DNA of 64,000 nt from Rhynchopus sp. YZ270_cl-10 (taxonomy: Eukaryota), in NCBI GenBank assembly GCA_964035575.1, contig OZ037842.1, positions 124,001 to 188,000 on the forward strand. Reading direction: 5' to 3'. Shown piece by piece: positions 12,520 to 25,986 of the stretch; the first letter of the stretch is position 1; each line of letters starts with the position of its first letter. The position numbers and the translations under genes are program-made. The notes under the pieces are model-generated. The model was given only the letters and a program-made list of their open reading frames with translations. It did no database searches and had not been told where the DNA came from.

Positions 12520-13308
12520 TCAGTCCTCCTTCGTCTTCGACGCGCTGAAGAGCTCACCTTCGCCGTCGCGGACGAGGAATACTGTGGAGGCTTCTGGCCC
12601 TCCACATTGTTCTTGGCTTTTCCAGCAGCGATCCGAACAGTCTTCATCGGGGAGTGGCAGGCCGAGCGAGTCGCCGCAGTAGCACTTGTCGCCTTGGTAG
12701 ATGCCTGCGTACACATAGTGCCCGTGTTTGCAGGCGGACTTGCATTCGAAGATCTCGTCGCCGCCAAAGCCAGGAAAGATGACGTGATCGAGGAATTCAA
12801 GCATGCCTGCATAGCACCCCGGCATGGTAGGGATAACCGGCGTCGGTGCTGGTGTAGGGATGCACGATATGCCTGCCGTCCACTTCTTCGGGTGGCTCAA
12901 AGACCCGACTGAGAGCGTCTCGTCGTCGTGCAGGGTAAGTATGTTGGACTCGCCATCCGTGTTCGGGTACGTCCCTGTGTCCCACTTCGCCACACCACCC
13001 TTCTCGTAGATGACGAAGTTGCCGTCCGTCTGCATCACCGCCGCGTCCACGTCTGCACTGTTCTGTGTCACAGTGTCAGAGGACCAGATCGTGTTAACAA
13101 CACCGTTGTAGCTACGTTCATAGTACACAAGGTTCCCGTCCGGCTGGAACCTCAGCCATATCAGTTGGCCAGTGCACCTGCTTCTCGTAAAGATTATGGT
13201 GCCAATGGTCATCCGTTCGCCAGCATTCAAGTACTGATCCCCACTATTAGCGTCAGCCACATCAACACCCATAAGGAGCAACGGAGCTAACAGCTGAAAC
13301 GCACGCAT
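12520..13308 (-). CDS. B-lectin + WSC protein, copy 3
   Basis: QPDGNLVYY and QTDGNFVIY motifs; C-terminal half identical in protein to copy 2. Confidence 0.9.
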   Translation of the reverse strand: MRAFQLLAPLLLMGVDVADANSGDQYLNAGERMTIGTIIFTRSRCTGQLIWLRFQPDGNLVYYERSYNGVVNTIWSSDTVTQNSADVDAAVMQTDGNFVIYEKGGVAKWDTGTYPNTDGESNILTLHDDETLSVGSLSHPKKWTAGISCIPTPAPTPVIPTMPGCYAGMLEFLDHVIFPGFGGDEIFECKSACKHGHYVYAGIYQGDKCYCGDSLGLPLPDEDCSDRCWKSQEQCGGPEASTVFLVRDGEGELFSASKTKED

Positions 13309-15720
13309 TTTGGTTGTTGTTTTCTTTTTTGTCTCTCAAGTTGAAAACCCTCCTGGTGATGAATATTACGCTTCTCGTATTCGGGGGAATGGGCCTGGAT
13401 GGTGGTGATGTGACTGGTGTACATATTTCTCTTTGCTTCTAAGAGGTAGTCTTGCCGTGCCACTAAAGGCTCACAGACAGCACACCTCATCCCTAGTGGC
13501 AGAGGTACACTTTTCATTTTGAGTTAACATCATTGGAAAAATGCTCTTGTGAAGAAATATGACCGGCCGAAAAATGTTAAGCTTCCATCATTCCAGTCAT
13601 CTGGGAGGGGATCGGGCGAGAGGCCCCAAAAGTACCCAAAAATCCTCTCTTTTTTTTTTTAAATTTGTTTTTTTCCTTCCAAAAATCCAGAATTATGCGA
13701 TGTCGCATAAATCGGATACGGTAGCTATTTCCCTGCCTTTTTTGGATGCACTGCGGATAACAAATGCAGTGGTTGATTGATACCCCCCGTTTTGATAAAA
13801 TTTAAAAAAAAAAATGTAAAAGGTTAAAAGCAAACAATACGAACCCAAAAGGGGAAAGGGTTCGGAAGTGGTAATACAAAGTGGCAGCTGTTGATGCAGG
13901 CACATCCGACTGACTTACATACGGTGTCAGCCATCCGGATGAAAGCACAACTCACAACTCTGAAAATATACAACAAAAAATGAAGGCACAATGTCAAGCT
14001 GTGCCGTCTATATAAAAATAAATCAAAATAAAGAGAGAAACGCTGCGGGGATATGTGGGCACCTTTGCAGGCACGACCAGAGGAGGGGCTGCAAGGGAGG
14101 GTGTCAAAAAGCGTCACAGAGCGTGGGAAAAAAATAGAAACGATAGAAGCTGAACACTACGACTCTCGTGTTTGGTTACCTTGAAAAAAGGGGGAAGTAG
14201 GTAAGATGCACCTAAGCAGAGTCATGGGGAAGGGGCAGGAGCACAGGCAGAGGGGTTCATACGTGGCAAAATAAATACAGCACTCCAAATAAGTTTTGCT
14301 ATTTTGGCGACGTTATTGGTCACCAAAAATATTTGGAGCACTGCAAAATCAACAAAACCTCAGATGACTCTTACGCCTCTTGTGTATACACACCTCTGAA
14401 AAGATGACTTTGGAAATACAAAGCCCTCTCGTGAAAAGTGTGCCTTGGTACGTGACCAGTACACCGTGGGTGGATCCGAACCATGACGATTTGGATACCT
14501 GTTGAGTGTTTGCATCTGGGAAAACTAATTTCATATTCATTCCGTTCAACGAAGAGAAAGCAGGGGAGGGGAAATCATCAATTGTGAACAGAAAATCGAG
14601 AGAGAAAGAAGGAACAAGAAAGTTGGTGGGTAATGACGCTAAGCCTCGTGTTGCCAAGAATCACCAGATTACTTCATTGCGCTTTCAAAACGCGAGAAAC
14701 CACCAAAGAGAAAGCTGGAGGAATGCACCGCACTGCTGTGCTGATGTGCTGTGCATCCTCAGATAAAGAAATATGAATGCAAATTAGATCTGCCGAAGTA
14801 GCCGCATGTAAGAAAGAAATGAAGATATCCGAAAGATGGCTTTCGAGCAAAAACGACTGCAGACAAGATCCGGTATAAAAAAACAAAAGAAAATATTTAG
14901 ACATGAAATGTGCTTCGGTGACACGCACGTCTACTGTAGAATAAGAAAGCAAAGCTTGGTAGTGAAAGAAACTAAAAGGCGAATCTCTTCCCCGCGGAGC
15001 TCAAAGACAGTCTTGAATAGATGAAAGACACCACGGAAAACAGAAAGAACACAAACAGAAAACAGCAAACATCCTATATGTCATGACGTTATTAACACGT
15101 TACTTGAAACCTTAACACGTTATTAGGGGAACGCCATAACACATATTGTTTGAGCAAAATAGGGGAAACCTGGGTAATTAAAATACGCTCGTGCCGTGAG
15201 CACTTTACTAGGGAAGGAACAGGATCAGGGAGGGAGGGGTTGGGTTGGGTGGGAACCCGGCTGGTGGGTATGCCGGATCCCGTAATCTGTGGGTGGGGGA
15301 AGGTGGCTTCAATAAAGTTAAAATAAAAGCAAAGTAAAAATGAACGCACTTCGAATGCCATACTGGACAGGATGCCATACAAACAAAAACATATAAGATG
15401 CTATGAAGCCTCTCGTGCTAAGCTATGTGCAAAAAAAGACCACACAGTGACACTAGAACAAAATATACTATAAAAAATATAGATGGTATTCTGGCAGAAA
15501 AAATACAAGAAGAAAAAAAGATTGGGTCTTTTGTTTGTGGCGAAACAAAAAATGCACCTGAACTAGCTGGGTGTTGGGAGGCGTTCGGAGGTGAGTCACT
15601 TTTCTTCCCACCGGTGTGAGCCTTTTTCTCGTTGGTGAAGTTTTTAAACACCTGCATTGTCATTTCCGGAATCCGTCCTCGCTGTGGTGGGGTCAATTTT
15701 CCTAAATGGACAAGTTCTGA

Positions 15721-17430
15721 GTACACAGTATACACAGTATACACAGTATACACAGTATACACAGTATACACAGTATACACAGTATACACAGTATACACAG
15801 TATACACAGTATACACAGTATACACAGTATACACAGTATACACAGTATACACAGTATACACAGTATACACAGTATACACAGTATACACAGTATACACAGT
15901 ATACACAGTATACACAGTATACACAGTATACACAGTATACACAGTATACACAGTATACACAGTATACACAGTATACACAGTATACACAGTATACACCATA
16001 CAATGCAACGAGGCCGAGTCGGCCTCGCCAAGGCCTGAAAATAAATACTCAGGCGTGCCTGAGGCGTACTCGGGATTAGTTACGTTTAAGTACGCCTCAG
16101 GCACGCCTGAGTATATTTATATTTTTTACCAGCATTTTGGTCATGAACAAAAAAGTATTTACCCCCAAATTTTGTGGCTTTCGATTCAGAGGTAGCAAAA
16201 TCTTTCAAATTTGCGGGGTCGCACGATGAAAAATGCGCCTCTGGGCCGAGCGAGTCGAAAAAATGAAAAGGGTTCGCTAAGCTTTGGTGCTGATGTTATA
16301 TATTTTGGTGGTACCTTCGGGTATTTCATTGATTCAAGAATCATTGGAAAAAAATTTCGGGGGTGCTTTTCGACTGGGTCCCTTCGGGGCCCAACTTGAT
16401 GCAAGACGGAAGAGGCTCATACAAGGCTGGATCCTCTAACACTAGAGAGATCCCATCGAGATCCCAGAATTTTACACAGGCCTCCTTGATCCACAGACCA
16501 TAGCTCTATTTTAAGTACAACTGGGGTGACCAAAGACTTTTTTACACATACCCGAGTATGACTCATCTTCTGCGAAGCCTCTTTTTTGGAGGCAGTTTAC
16601 TGTAAGCAGTAACCATGATATTTTTCCACTAAAAATATCTTGCGACCCCGCAATTTTCTCAGCAGGACACCGAAAGTTGATTCCAGCACATTTCAGGGGG
16701 CGGAGGAAATACATGGCATGCCTTAGAAACGTGATGACCTGTGCGTAATAATTTTATTTATCAGCAGAAATATGAAACCGAGTATACTTTCCCCTGATTT
16801 TGGTACAAACTTAAAGTCACACATTTTTTTGCTAAAAAAATTGTCCGACCCCGGAATTTTTTCAGATCGCTCCGGAAATGCATCAGAGGCCCTTTTTGCG
16901 GGGGAAAAATCCACACCAGGCGCCTGAAACGCAAGTATGCGTTGATATATACTCAGGCGTGCCTGAGGCGTACTTAAACGTAACTAATCCCGAGTACGCC
17001 TCAGGCACGCCTCAGTGACGCCTCAGGCACGCCTCAGATATATTTTCCAGATATGAGTATTTTCAGGCGTACCCGGCCTCGTTGCATTGTATGATACACA
17101 GTATACACAGTATACACAGTATACACAGTATACACAGTATACACAGTATACACAGTATACACAGTATACACAGTATACACAGTATACACAGTATACACAG
17201 TATACACAGTATACACAGTATACACAGTATACACAGTATACACAGTATACACAGTATACACAGTATACACAGTATACACAGTATACACAGTATACACAGT
17301 ATACACAGTATACACAGTATACACAGTATACACAGTATACACAGTATACACAGTATACACAGTATACACAGTATACACAGTATACACAGTATACACAGTA
17401 TACACAGTATACACAGTACACAGTACACAG
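15721..17430. repeat. (TATACACAG)n tract split by a transposon (15721-15996 and 17094-17430)
   Basis: Read directly; ends in TACACAG units. Confidence 0.95.
15997..17093. mobile_element. Non-autonomous DNA transposon, CAT..ATG ends, 6-bp TSD
   Basis: TIR CATACAATGCAACGAGGCCG; ATACAC on both flanks; inverted subterminal blocks of CTCAGGCGTGCCTGAG palindromes. Confidence 0.88.
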
Positions 17431-17851
17431 ACAGAAAACAGCAAACATCCTATATGTCATGACGTTATTAACACGTTACTTGAAACCTTAACACGTTATT
17501 AGGGGAACGCCATAACACATATTGTTTGAGCAAAATCGGGAAACCTGGGTAAATAAAATACGCTTGTGCCGTGAGCACTTTACTAGGGAAGGAACAGGAT
17601 CAGGGAGGGAGGGGTTGGGTTGGGTGGGAACCCGGCTGGTGGATATGCGGATCCCGTAATCTGTGGGTGGGGGAAGGATGAATGTGCATCTCTTCTCCAT
17701 CTCTCTCATGCACACACATCTAAAAACACCTTGAAAGCACGAACATGCAGATGCAATAAACTAAAGGGTGGGGGTGTAAAATGGATACTGCTTTGAAGCG
17801 ATAAAACGTTAAAACAACACAGATTTTCACAAAAAAACCACCTTAGTCAAT

Positions 17852-18652
17852 TCAGTCCTCCTTCGTCTTCGACGCGCTGAACATCAAACTGCCGTCGGGG
17901 ACCGCGATCACTGAGGAGGAACCTGGCCCTCCACAGGGTTCATCATGGCAGCGAAAGAAACAGTCTTCATCGGGGAGTTGGCGCAGGGCGAGCGAGTTGC
18001 CGCAGTAGCATTGGGTGCCTTCGTAGATCCCTGCGTACACATATCCCGAGAGAGCGCAGGAGGCCCCGCATATGGGGTACTCGTTGCCATTCGAGAGTGG
18101 GAGTTTGAAGTGTTGAAGCACGCCTTCAAAGCATCCTGGTACAACCGGGGTAGGCGTCGGTACTGGCGTCGGTGCTGCGGTCGGTGCTGCGGTCGGTGCT
18201 GGTGTAGGGATGCACGATATGCCTGCCGTCCACTTCTTCGGGTGGCTCGAAGACCCGACTGAGAGCGTCTCGTCGTCGTGCACGGTAAAGAAATTGGACT
18301 CGCCATTCGTGTTCGGGTAAGTCCCTGAGTCCCACTTCACGACACCACCCTTCTCGTAGATGACGAAGTTGCCGTCCGTCTGCATCACCGCCGCGTCCAC
18401 GTCTGCGCTGTTCTGTGCCACAGTGTCAGAGGACCAGATCACGCTCACATCACCGATGGCGTTGTGTGTATAGTACACAAGGTTCCCGTCCGTCTGGAAC
18501 GTCAGCCACAACAGTTGGCCAGTGCACGAGCTTCTCGTAAAGAATGCCGTGCCAGGGGCAATCCGATTAGGATATATCCTCCAATCCCCAGCAGCGTCAG
18601 CCACATCAACACCCATAAGGAGCAACGGAGCTAACAGCTGAAACGCACGCAT
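17852..18652 (-). CDS. B-lectin + WSC protein, copy 4 (extended PTAA linker)
   Basis: Same motifs; linker PTPAPTAAPTAAPTPVPTPTP. Confidence 0.9.
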   Translation of the reverse strand: MRAFQLLAPLLLMGVDVADAAGDWRIYPNRIAPGTAFFTRSSCTGQLLWLTFQTDGNLVYYTHNAIGDVSVIWSSDTVAQNSADVDAAVMQTDGNFVIYEKGGVVKWDSGTYPNTNGESNFFTVHDDETLSVGSSSHPKKWTAGISCIPTPAPTAAPTAAPTPVPTPTPVVPGCFEGVLQHFKLPLSNGNEYPICGASCALSGYVYAGIYEGTQCYCGNSLALRQLPDEDCFFRCHDEPCGGPGSSSVIAVPDGSLMFSASKTKED

Positions 18653-19117
18653 TTTGGTTGTTGTTGTTTTCTTTTTTGTCTCTCAAGTTGAAAACCCTCC
18701 TGGTGATGAATATTACGCTTCTCGTGTATACACACCTCTGAAAAGATGACTTTGGAAATACAAAGCCCTCTCGTGAAAAGTGTGCCTTGGTACGTGACCA
18801 GTACACCGTGGGTGGATCCGAACCATGACGATTTGGATACCTGTTGAGTGTTTGCATCTGGGAAAACTAATTTCATATTCATTCCGTTCAAAGAAGAGAA
18901 AGCAGGGGAGGGGAAATCATCAACTGTGAAGAGAAAATCGAGAGAGAAAGAAGGAACAAGAAAGTTGGTGGGTAATGACGCTAAGCCTCGTGTTGCCAAG
19001 AATCACCAGATTACTTCATTGCACTTTCAAAAAACGCGCGAAACCACCAAAGAGAAAGCTGGAGGAATGCACCGCACTGCTGTGCTGATGTGCTGTGCAT
19101 CCTCAGATAAAGAAAAT

Positions 19118-19435
19118 CTTAACGTACACTCTCTGTTGATTCTAAAACGGGGGAGGGTAAAAAAGCGCGAAAGGTAAATTGGGGAAGAGGTTGAAAAGTT
19201 GGAACGCTTCCTCACCCCAGATCACACATTTTTTTTTTTTTTTGAATAAATAAATAAAACTCCTCTCGAATTTGTTCAAGATTGAACTGAGAGAAAGAAG
19301 AAACCCCAAACCCTCCCAGACCAAACGGTCTAACCTGTTGTATTGACATAGTGTGGGGGAGAAGTGAGGAGCACAAGAATCGTCTTCGCGCATACTAAAA
19401 GATTTCCTACGATATGTCACAAGTGTCATGTCACC
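19118..19435. mobile_element. Unit-5-specific insertion without TIRs
   Basis: Absent from sister units (CAGATAAAGAAATATGAATGC); flanked by GAAAAT direct repeats; internal poly(T). Confidence 0.6.
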
Positions 19436-20136
19436 GAAAATATGAATGCAAATTCGATCTGCCGAAGTAGCCGCATGTAAGAAAGAAATGAAGATATCCG
19501 AAAGATGGCTTTCGAGCAAAAACGACTGCAGACAAGATCCGGTATAAAAAAACAAAAGAAAATATTTAGACATGAAATGTGCTTCGGTGACACGCACGTC
19601 TACTGTAGAATAAGAAAGCAAAGCTTGGTAGTGAAAGAAACTAAAAGGCGAATCTCTTCCCCGCGGAGCTCAAAGACAGTCTTGAATAGATGAAAGACAC
19701 CACGGAAAACAGAAAGAAACAGAAAACAGCAAACATCCTATATGTCATGACGTTATTAACACATTACTTGAAACCTTAACACGTTATTAGGGGAACGCCA
19801 TAACACATATTGTTTGAGCAAAATCGGGAAACCTGGGTAATTAAAATACGCTCGTGCCGTGAGCACTTTACTAGGGAAGGAACAGGATCAGGGAGGGAGG
19901 GGTTGGGTTGGGTGGGAACCCGGTTGGTGGGTACGCCGGATCCCGTAATCTGTGGGTGGGGGAAGGTGGCTTCAATAAAGTTAAAATAAAAGCAAAGTGA
20001 AAATGAACGCACTTCGAATGCCATACTGGACAGGATGCCATACAAACAAAAACATATAAGATGCTATGAAGCCTCTCGTGCTAAGCTATGTGTATAAAAA
20101 GACCACACAGTGACACAAAAAACAAAATATACTATA

Positions 20137-20306
20137 CCGACCCTCCCCCGTGAAATTGTCCCCCCCCCCCAAAAACCGGTATTTTGCCCCGACGGACAAT
20201 TTCAAGGGTGTCGCAGGGACAACCTTTGCTCTCCCTTCTTCACACTAAAACCTCCACCCCCCTACAGTACGAGAAATTGTCCCCCCCTCACTTGGGGGAG
20301 GGTCGG
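20137..20306. mobile_element. TA-TSD MITE
   Basis: TIR CCGACCCTCCCCC / GGGGGAGGGTCGG, TA flanks; empty site ATATACTATAAAAA in unit 7. Confidence 0.85.
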
Positions 20307-20794
20307 TAAAAAAGCTACACGACAAAAAAGATTGGGTCTTTTGTTTGTGGCGAAACAAAAAAGTGGTAAAGGTGTGAAACTGCATTTAGTGTTGTGTGTG
20401 AATCAAACAGTCAATTCTAAAGCATGTTGTTGGTTCTCCGTTTTGTTTGCCCAAAAGCGCTGCCTCCAATCTTGTTAGTAATGACAACTAAAAGATAAAT
20501 TCATATACTTTCAAATAAAATTTGACAACTAAAAGATGTTGTTGTGTGAAACAAAAACTGTACAAAAAGATTACACAAAACCCACAACCAAATTACATCG
20601 AGAAAAAAACAAAAACAAAAAGGAACACGTGAACAATGAATATGCATCTCTCCTCCATCTCTCATGCACACACATCTAAAACGACTTGAAATCACGAACA
20701 TGCAGATGCAATAAACTAAAAAATGGATACTTCTTTGAAGCGATAAAACGTTAAAACGGCGCGGCTTTTCACAAAAAAACCCACTTTTTTCAAT

Positions 20795-21571
20795 TCAGTC
20801 CTCCTTCGTCTTCGACGTGCTGAGGAGCCCACCGCCCCAGACGTAGAACACTGTGGAGGCACCTGGCCCTCCACAGGGATAAATGGTCCTATAGCAGCCA
20901 TAGGAACAGTCTTCATCGGGGAGTCTGCGCAGGGTGAGCGAGTGGCCGCAGTAGCATTCGTTGGCTTGGTAGAGGCCTGCGTACGGATAGCCCTTGGATC
21001 GGCACTCCTTCTCGCATCTGTAGTTCTCCAGGCCAAACCCAGGCGCTTCTTTGAATTGGAAGCGGTCAAGCACGCCTTCGTAGCACCTAGGAAAATCTGG
21101 CTTAGGCATCGGTGTTGGTGGAGGGATGCACGCTGTGCCTGCCGTCCACTTCTTCGGGTGGCTCAAAGACCCGACTGAGAGCGTCTCGTCGGCGTGCACG
21201 GTAAGGAAGTTGGACTCGCCATCCGTGTTCGGGAACGTCCCTGAGTCCCACTTCGCCACACCACCCTTCTCGTAGACAACGAAGTTGCCGTCCGTCTGCA
21301 TCACCGCCGCGTCCACGTCTGCGCTGTTCTGTGCCACAGTGTCAGAGGCCCAGATCGCGCTCACAATACCGCCGGCGTTGCGTGCATAGTACACAAGGTT
21401 CCCGTCCTTCTGGAGCGTCAGCCACAACAGTTGGCCATTGCACGAGCTTGTAGTGATTATTTTCATGTCAGGGCTCAGCCGTTCGCCAGGGTTCAAGTAC
21501 ATATCCCCAAGAGCGTCAGCCACATCAACACCCATAAGGAGCAACGGAGCTAACAGCTGAAACACGCGCAT
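20795..21571 (-). CDS. B-lectin + WSC protein, copy 5
   Basis: QKDGNLVYY, QTDGNFVVY; WSC motif CEKECRSKGYPYAGLYQANECYCG. Confidence 0.9.
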   Translation of the reverse strand: MRVFQLLAPLLLMGVDVADALGDMYLNPGERLSPDMKIITTSSCNGQLLWLTLQKDGNLVYYARNAGGIVSAIWASDTVAQNSADVDAAVMQTDGNFVVYEKGGVAKWDSGTFPNTDGESNFLTVHADETLSVGSLSHPKKWTAGTACIPPPTPMPKPDFPRCYEGVLDRFQFKEAPGFGLENYRCEKECRSKGYPYAGLYQANECYCGHSLTLRRLPDEDCSYGCYRTIYPCGGPGASTVFYVWGGGLLSTSKTKED

Positions 21572-22316
21572 TTTGGTTGTTGTTTTCTTTTTTGTCTCTC
21601 AAGTTGAAAACCCTCTTGGTGATGAATATTACGCTTCTCGTATTCGGGGGAATGGGCCTGGATGGTGGTGATGTGACTGGTGTACATATTTCTCTTTGCT
21701 TCTAAGAGGTAGTCTTGCCGTGCCACTAAAGGCTCACAGACAGCACACCTCATCCCTAGTGGCAGAGGTACGCTTTTCATTTTTGAGTTAACATCATTGG
21801 AAAAATGCTCTCGTTAAGAAATATGACCGGCCGAAAAATGTTAAGCTTCCATCATTCCAGTCATCTGGGAGGGGATCGGGCGAGAGGCCCCCAAAAGTAC
21901 CCAAAAATCCTCTCTTTTTTTTTTTTAATTTGTTTTTTTCCTTCCAAAAATCCAGAATTATGCGATGTCGCATAAATCGGATACGGTAGCTATTTCCCTG
22001 CCTTTTTTGGATGCACTGCGGATAACAAATGCAGTGGTTGATTGATACCCCCCGTTTTGATAAAATTTAAAAAAAAAATGTAAAAGGTTAAAAGCAAACA
22101 ATACGAACCCAAAAGGGGAAAGGGTTCGGAAGTGGTAATACAAAGTGGCAGCTGTTGATGCAGGCACCTCCGACTGACTTACATACGGTGTCAGCCATCC
22201 GGATGAAAGCACAACTCACAACTCTGAAAATATACAACAAAAAATGGAGGCACAATGTCAAGCTGTGCCGTCCATATAAAAATAAATCAAAATAAAGAGA
22301 GAAACGCTGCGGGGAT

Positions 22317-22683
22317 GTGAAGGGATGGGACGTGCTATTGCAGAGCACATACGTGGTTATGTATTCTGTTTATTTGTTTTTGGTGGTCTCTAAACGTCAT
22401 CATTTGGTTTTCTTTGTGCTAGACGCATATTCGTAATCACACCATCTTCATGCGGTCGTGTTCACGACACCGTAATACTACTGTAAGTCTCGACACGGAA
22501 AGTGTTCTTCTTTTGTCTGAGCTTCAAAAAATTGAAATGTGCTCTGACAGTGGACCTTTAAGTACACTGTTGCTAGAGTGCATTGTTAAAAAAAGAGTAG
22601 TTGAAACGAGTTAAATGCAGCTCAGTTGAGTATTCACATCTACTTTTGTCTTTCCACCACCAAATAAAAAAAATACTGAAAAA
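22317..22683. mobile_element. Unit-5-specific insertion of unknown type (boundaries approximate)
   Basis: Interrupts GGGGATATGTGGGCAC seen intact at about 7705 and 14047; A-rich right end. Confidence 0.5.
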
Positions 22684-23449
22684 TATGTGGGCACCTTCGC
22701 AGGCACGGCCAGAGGAGGGGGTGCAAGGGAGGGTGTCAAAAAGCGTCACAGAGCGTGGGAAAAAAAAATAGAAACGTTAGAAGCTGAACACTACGACTCT
22801 CGTGTTTGGTTACCTTGAAAAAAGGGGGAAGTAGGTAAGGTGAACCTAAGCAGAGTCATGGGGCAGGCAGGTTCATAGGTAGCAAAATAAATACAGCACT
22901 CCAAATAAGTTTTGCTATTTTGGCGACGTTATTGGACGCCAAAAATATTTGGAGCACTGCAAAATGAACAAAACCTCAGATGACTCTTACGCCTCTTGTG
23001 TATACACACCTCTGAAAAGATGACTTTGGAAATACAAAGCCCTCTCGAAAAGTGCCTCTTGAAAAGTGTGCCTTGGTACGTGACCAGTACACCGTGGGTG
23101 GATCCGAACCATGACGATTTGGATACCTGTTGAGTGTTTGCATCTGGGAAAACTAATTTCATATTCATTCCGTTCAAAGAAAAGAAAGCAGGGGAGGGGA
23201 AATCATCAACTGTGAAGAGAAAATCGAGAGAGAAAGAAGGAACAAGAAAGTTGGTGGGTAATGACGCTAAGCCTCGTGTTGCCAAGAATCACCAGATTAC
23301 TTCATTGCGCTTTCAAAAAACGCGCGAAACCACCAAAGAGAAAGCTGGAGGAATGCACCGCACTGCTGTGCTGCTGTGCTGTGCATCCTCAGATAAAGAA
23401 ATATGAATGCAAATTCGATCTGCCGAAGTAGCCGCATGTAAGAAAGAAA

Positions 23450-23511
23450 GAAAAGAAAAGTTTATAAGATGATCCTAAGCCTCTCGTGCTTAGTCACCTT
23501 ATCATATTCAT
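23450..23511 (-). mobile_element. 62-bp stem-loop retroposon-like insertion with 7-bp TSD
   Basis: Absent from sister units; flanked by AAAGAAA; - strand reads hairpin then CTTTTCTTTTC tail. Near-identical copies at 56051, 59124, 61882 and 50966. Confidence 0.8.
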
Positions 23512-24177
23512 AAAGAAATGAAGATATCCGAAAGATGGCTTTCGAGCAAAAACGACTGCAGACAAGATCCGGTATAAAAAAACAAAAGAAAATATTTAGA
23601 CATGAAATGTGCTTCGGTGACACGCACGTCTACTGTAGAATAAGAAAGCAAAGCTTGGGTAGTGAAAGAAACTAAAAGGCGAATCTCTTCCCCGCGGAGC
23701 TCAAAGACAGTCTTGAATAGATGAAAGACACCACGGAAAACAGAAAGAAAAGAAACAGCAAACAGCAAACATCCTGTATGTCATGACGTTATTAACACGT
23801 TACTTGAAACCTTAACACGTTATTAGGGGAACGCCATAACACATATTGTTTGAGCAAAATAGGGGAAACCTCGGTAATAAAAATACGCTCGTGCCGTGAG
23901 CACTTTACTAGGGAAGGAACAGGATCAGGATCAGGGAGGGAGGGGTTGGGTTGGGTGGGAACCCGGCTGGTGGGTTTGCCGGATGCCGAAATCTGTGGGT
24001 GGGGGGAAGGTGGCTTCAATAAAGTTAAAATAAAAGCCAAGTGAGAATGAACGCACTTCGAATGCCATACTGGACAGGATGCCATACAAACAAAAATATA
24101 TAAGATGCTATGAAGCCTCTCGTGCTAAGCTATCTGTACAAAAAGACCACACAGTGACACTTCTGTAAAATCGTTTA

Positions 24178-24508
24178 CCGTAAAAATATTTATTCTGGGC
24201 TGTAACTATTCTGAGACAGAAGTATACTGGACCGGAACAAAACTGGAACACTTGGGGTTTTTGGGGGTGTCCCAGTTTTGTTCCGGCCCAGAACAGTTCT
24301 GTTGGGGTAGAATTTTTATCCCCATTCCCACCCCACCCAGGTGCATAGTGCATCTTTGGGCAAAAAAAATTCGTCGCACTCCTCGTTTTTTTTTGACAAG
24401 GCACGGATACCCCCCCAAAACAATGCTGGTACGGAACAAAACTGGAACAATCGACGATTTTTTGGGGTGTTCCAGTTTTGTTCCGGTCCAGAATAAATAT
24501 TTTTACGG
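24178..24508. mobile_element. Second, inverted copy of the 11917 MITE, inserted inside the host TIR
   Basis: Same TIR, TA flanks, internal sequence is the reverse complement of 11917-12245. Confidence 0.9.
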
Positions 24509-24604
24509 TATTTTGTCACACCCTAATTAACCGAGTTGAAATATCAGTCATAAATAAAATTTGTCACTCCCTAAGAATATGTGTCACATAAAATGTTGTT
24601 ATTA

Positions 24605-24747
24605 GGCTAGTTGACGTCACGGACATTAGGGTTTGGGAGGGTATGGGACGGTATGGGGGGATTTGGGAGCGTTCGAGGGAGGTACGGGATGGTACGGAAC
24701 AGGATTTCCCAGAAAATTCCTAAACCGACCCGTGGCGTCAACTAGCC
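24605..24747. mobile_element. 143-bp TA-TSD MITE
   Basis: TIR GGCTAGTTGACG(T/C)CACGG, 17 of 18 match, TA flanks. Confidence 0.82.
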
Positions 24748-25341
24748 TACAATGTTTATGGTTATTTTGTGTCTACTTTTTAAAGTACAGCCTTGAGTGA
24801 TACTTTCTGTATTAGCACTGCAACCGATCCTCAGTAGACAGCAGATCCCCGTAGGGACGGAAGAGGCCGCGGCCGCTCACACATGAAGCCTTCCCAATAT
24901 CAGCCAGTGCCAGCGGGAAAGCGTTGCTTCCTGTGCTCCGCAGAACCCCCTTGGTCCGCAGTCTTTTCTCAAAACCAACAACCTGAACACCTTCTCCACT
25001 GCAGTATCAGAACCAGCTCCCCCGTCTGTGGTCCCAAAACATAATTAAATCATCATAATAACGTGTCACTTATATAATTCGTCATTTTGTCACCATTTTT
25101 GCCATTCTGTCACATTATTGTAGGTGACAAATTAAACGATTTTACAGTATGAACAAAATATACTATAAAAAATACAAGAACATGGTATACATAAGATCTT
25201 AAAAAGATATGGGGATTTTCCCAAAAACCCCAGCGTCTTATCTTCGGGGTTTTTTTTTCCTAAGATCTTAGTGAAAAAAACCCCCTAACTAACTCAGATC
25301 TTTAAACTCCCTAAAAACCCCCTAAAAACCTAAGATCTTTA

Positions 25342-25986
25342 CCGGCCGCGTACATATTACGTCGCGTACTAATTAATCGGTTCGGGCAAATGCCGACTTA
25401 ATTAGTACGCGGCGTAATAAGCGTGCGACGTAATTAATTTTTTGAAGAAACAAAATCTACGTACAAGGTGAGTGGGAGGGTTTTTGGGATTTCTCTTGGT
25501 GTTGGCGTGTTGTCCCTCGGCCCTTTACAAGGTTACATTGGACAGAGATTGCAGCATGCAAACGTTTTTTTAATTATTGTTGAAATATGAATGAATGGCT
25601 CAAATTGCGGATTTGAGGAACTCCATTGGCACTTCCCACTCCTCTTCCGCATACGGAGGTACCAGACGCACTGTGGCAGAGTTCTCACAGATTTCTTCCA
25701 CCTTACCCTGTGTCGTCTACACGCGCCGCGTGTTGGGTTTGTTCTCCTCCTCGTTCACACGATCTGCGATGGCCTTCGAGATTGTGTGGGTTTGGTGGTA
25801 TCCCCCCAGTGATGTGCCCACACCAGCTGTGTTCCAACATGATTGCCCCCACTTTTTTCACCTTACGGTGTGTACTAATTACGTCGCTTTTTGGGCACCC
25901 GCGGCCCCCAAAAAGCGACTTAATTAGTACGCGACGTAATAAGTACCCCCCGTAATAAATACGCGACGTAATATGTACGCGGCCGG
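25342..25986. mobile_element. TA-TSD element with internal coding remnant
   Basis: 27-bp TIR CCGGCCGCGTACATATTACGTCGCGTA, TA flanks, subterminal TACGCGACGTAAT repeats. Confidence 0.88.

Larger units (their letters stand above)
24163..25147. mobile_element. TA-site DNA element hosting two nested MITEs
   Basis: TIR CTGTAAAATCGTTTA.TTTGTCAC / GTGACAAATTAAACGATTTTACAG; right flank TA, left flank TT; empty site GACACTATAAACAAAA in unit 7. Confidence 0.8.

Noticed and set aside
23461..23500. SECIS interpretation of the dispersed hairpin (GUGA...GA)
   Set aside because: Upper helix too short, no apical AA, GA not conserved in variants, and no in-frame UGA genes nearby.
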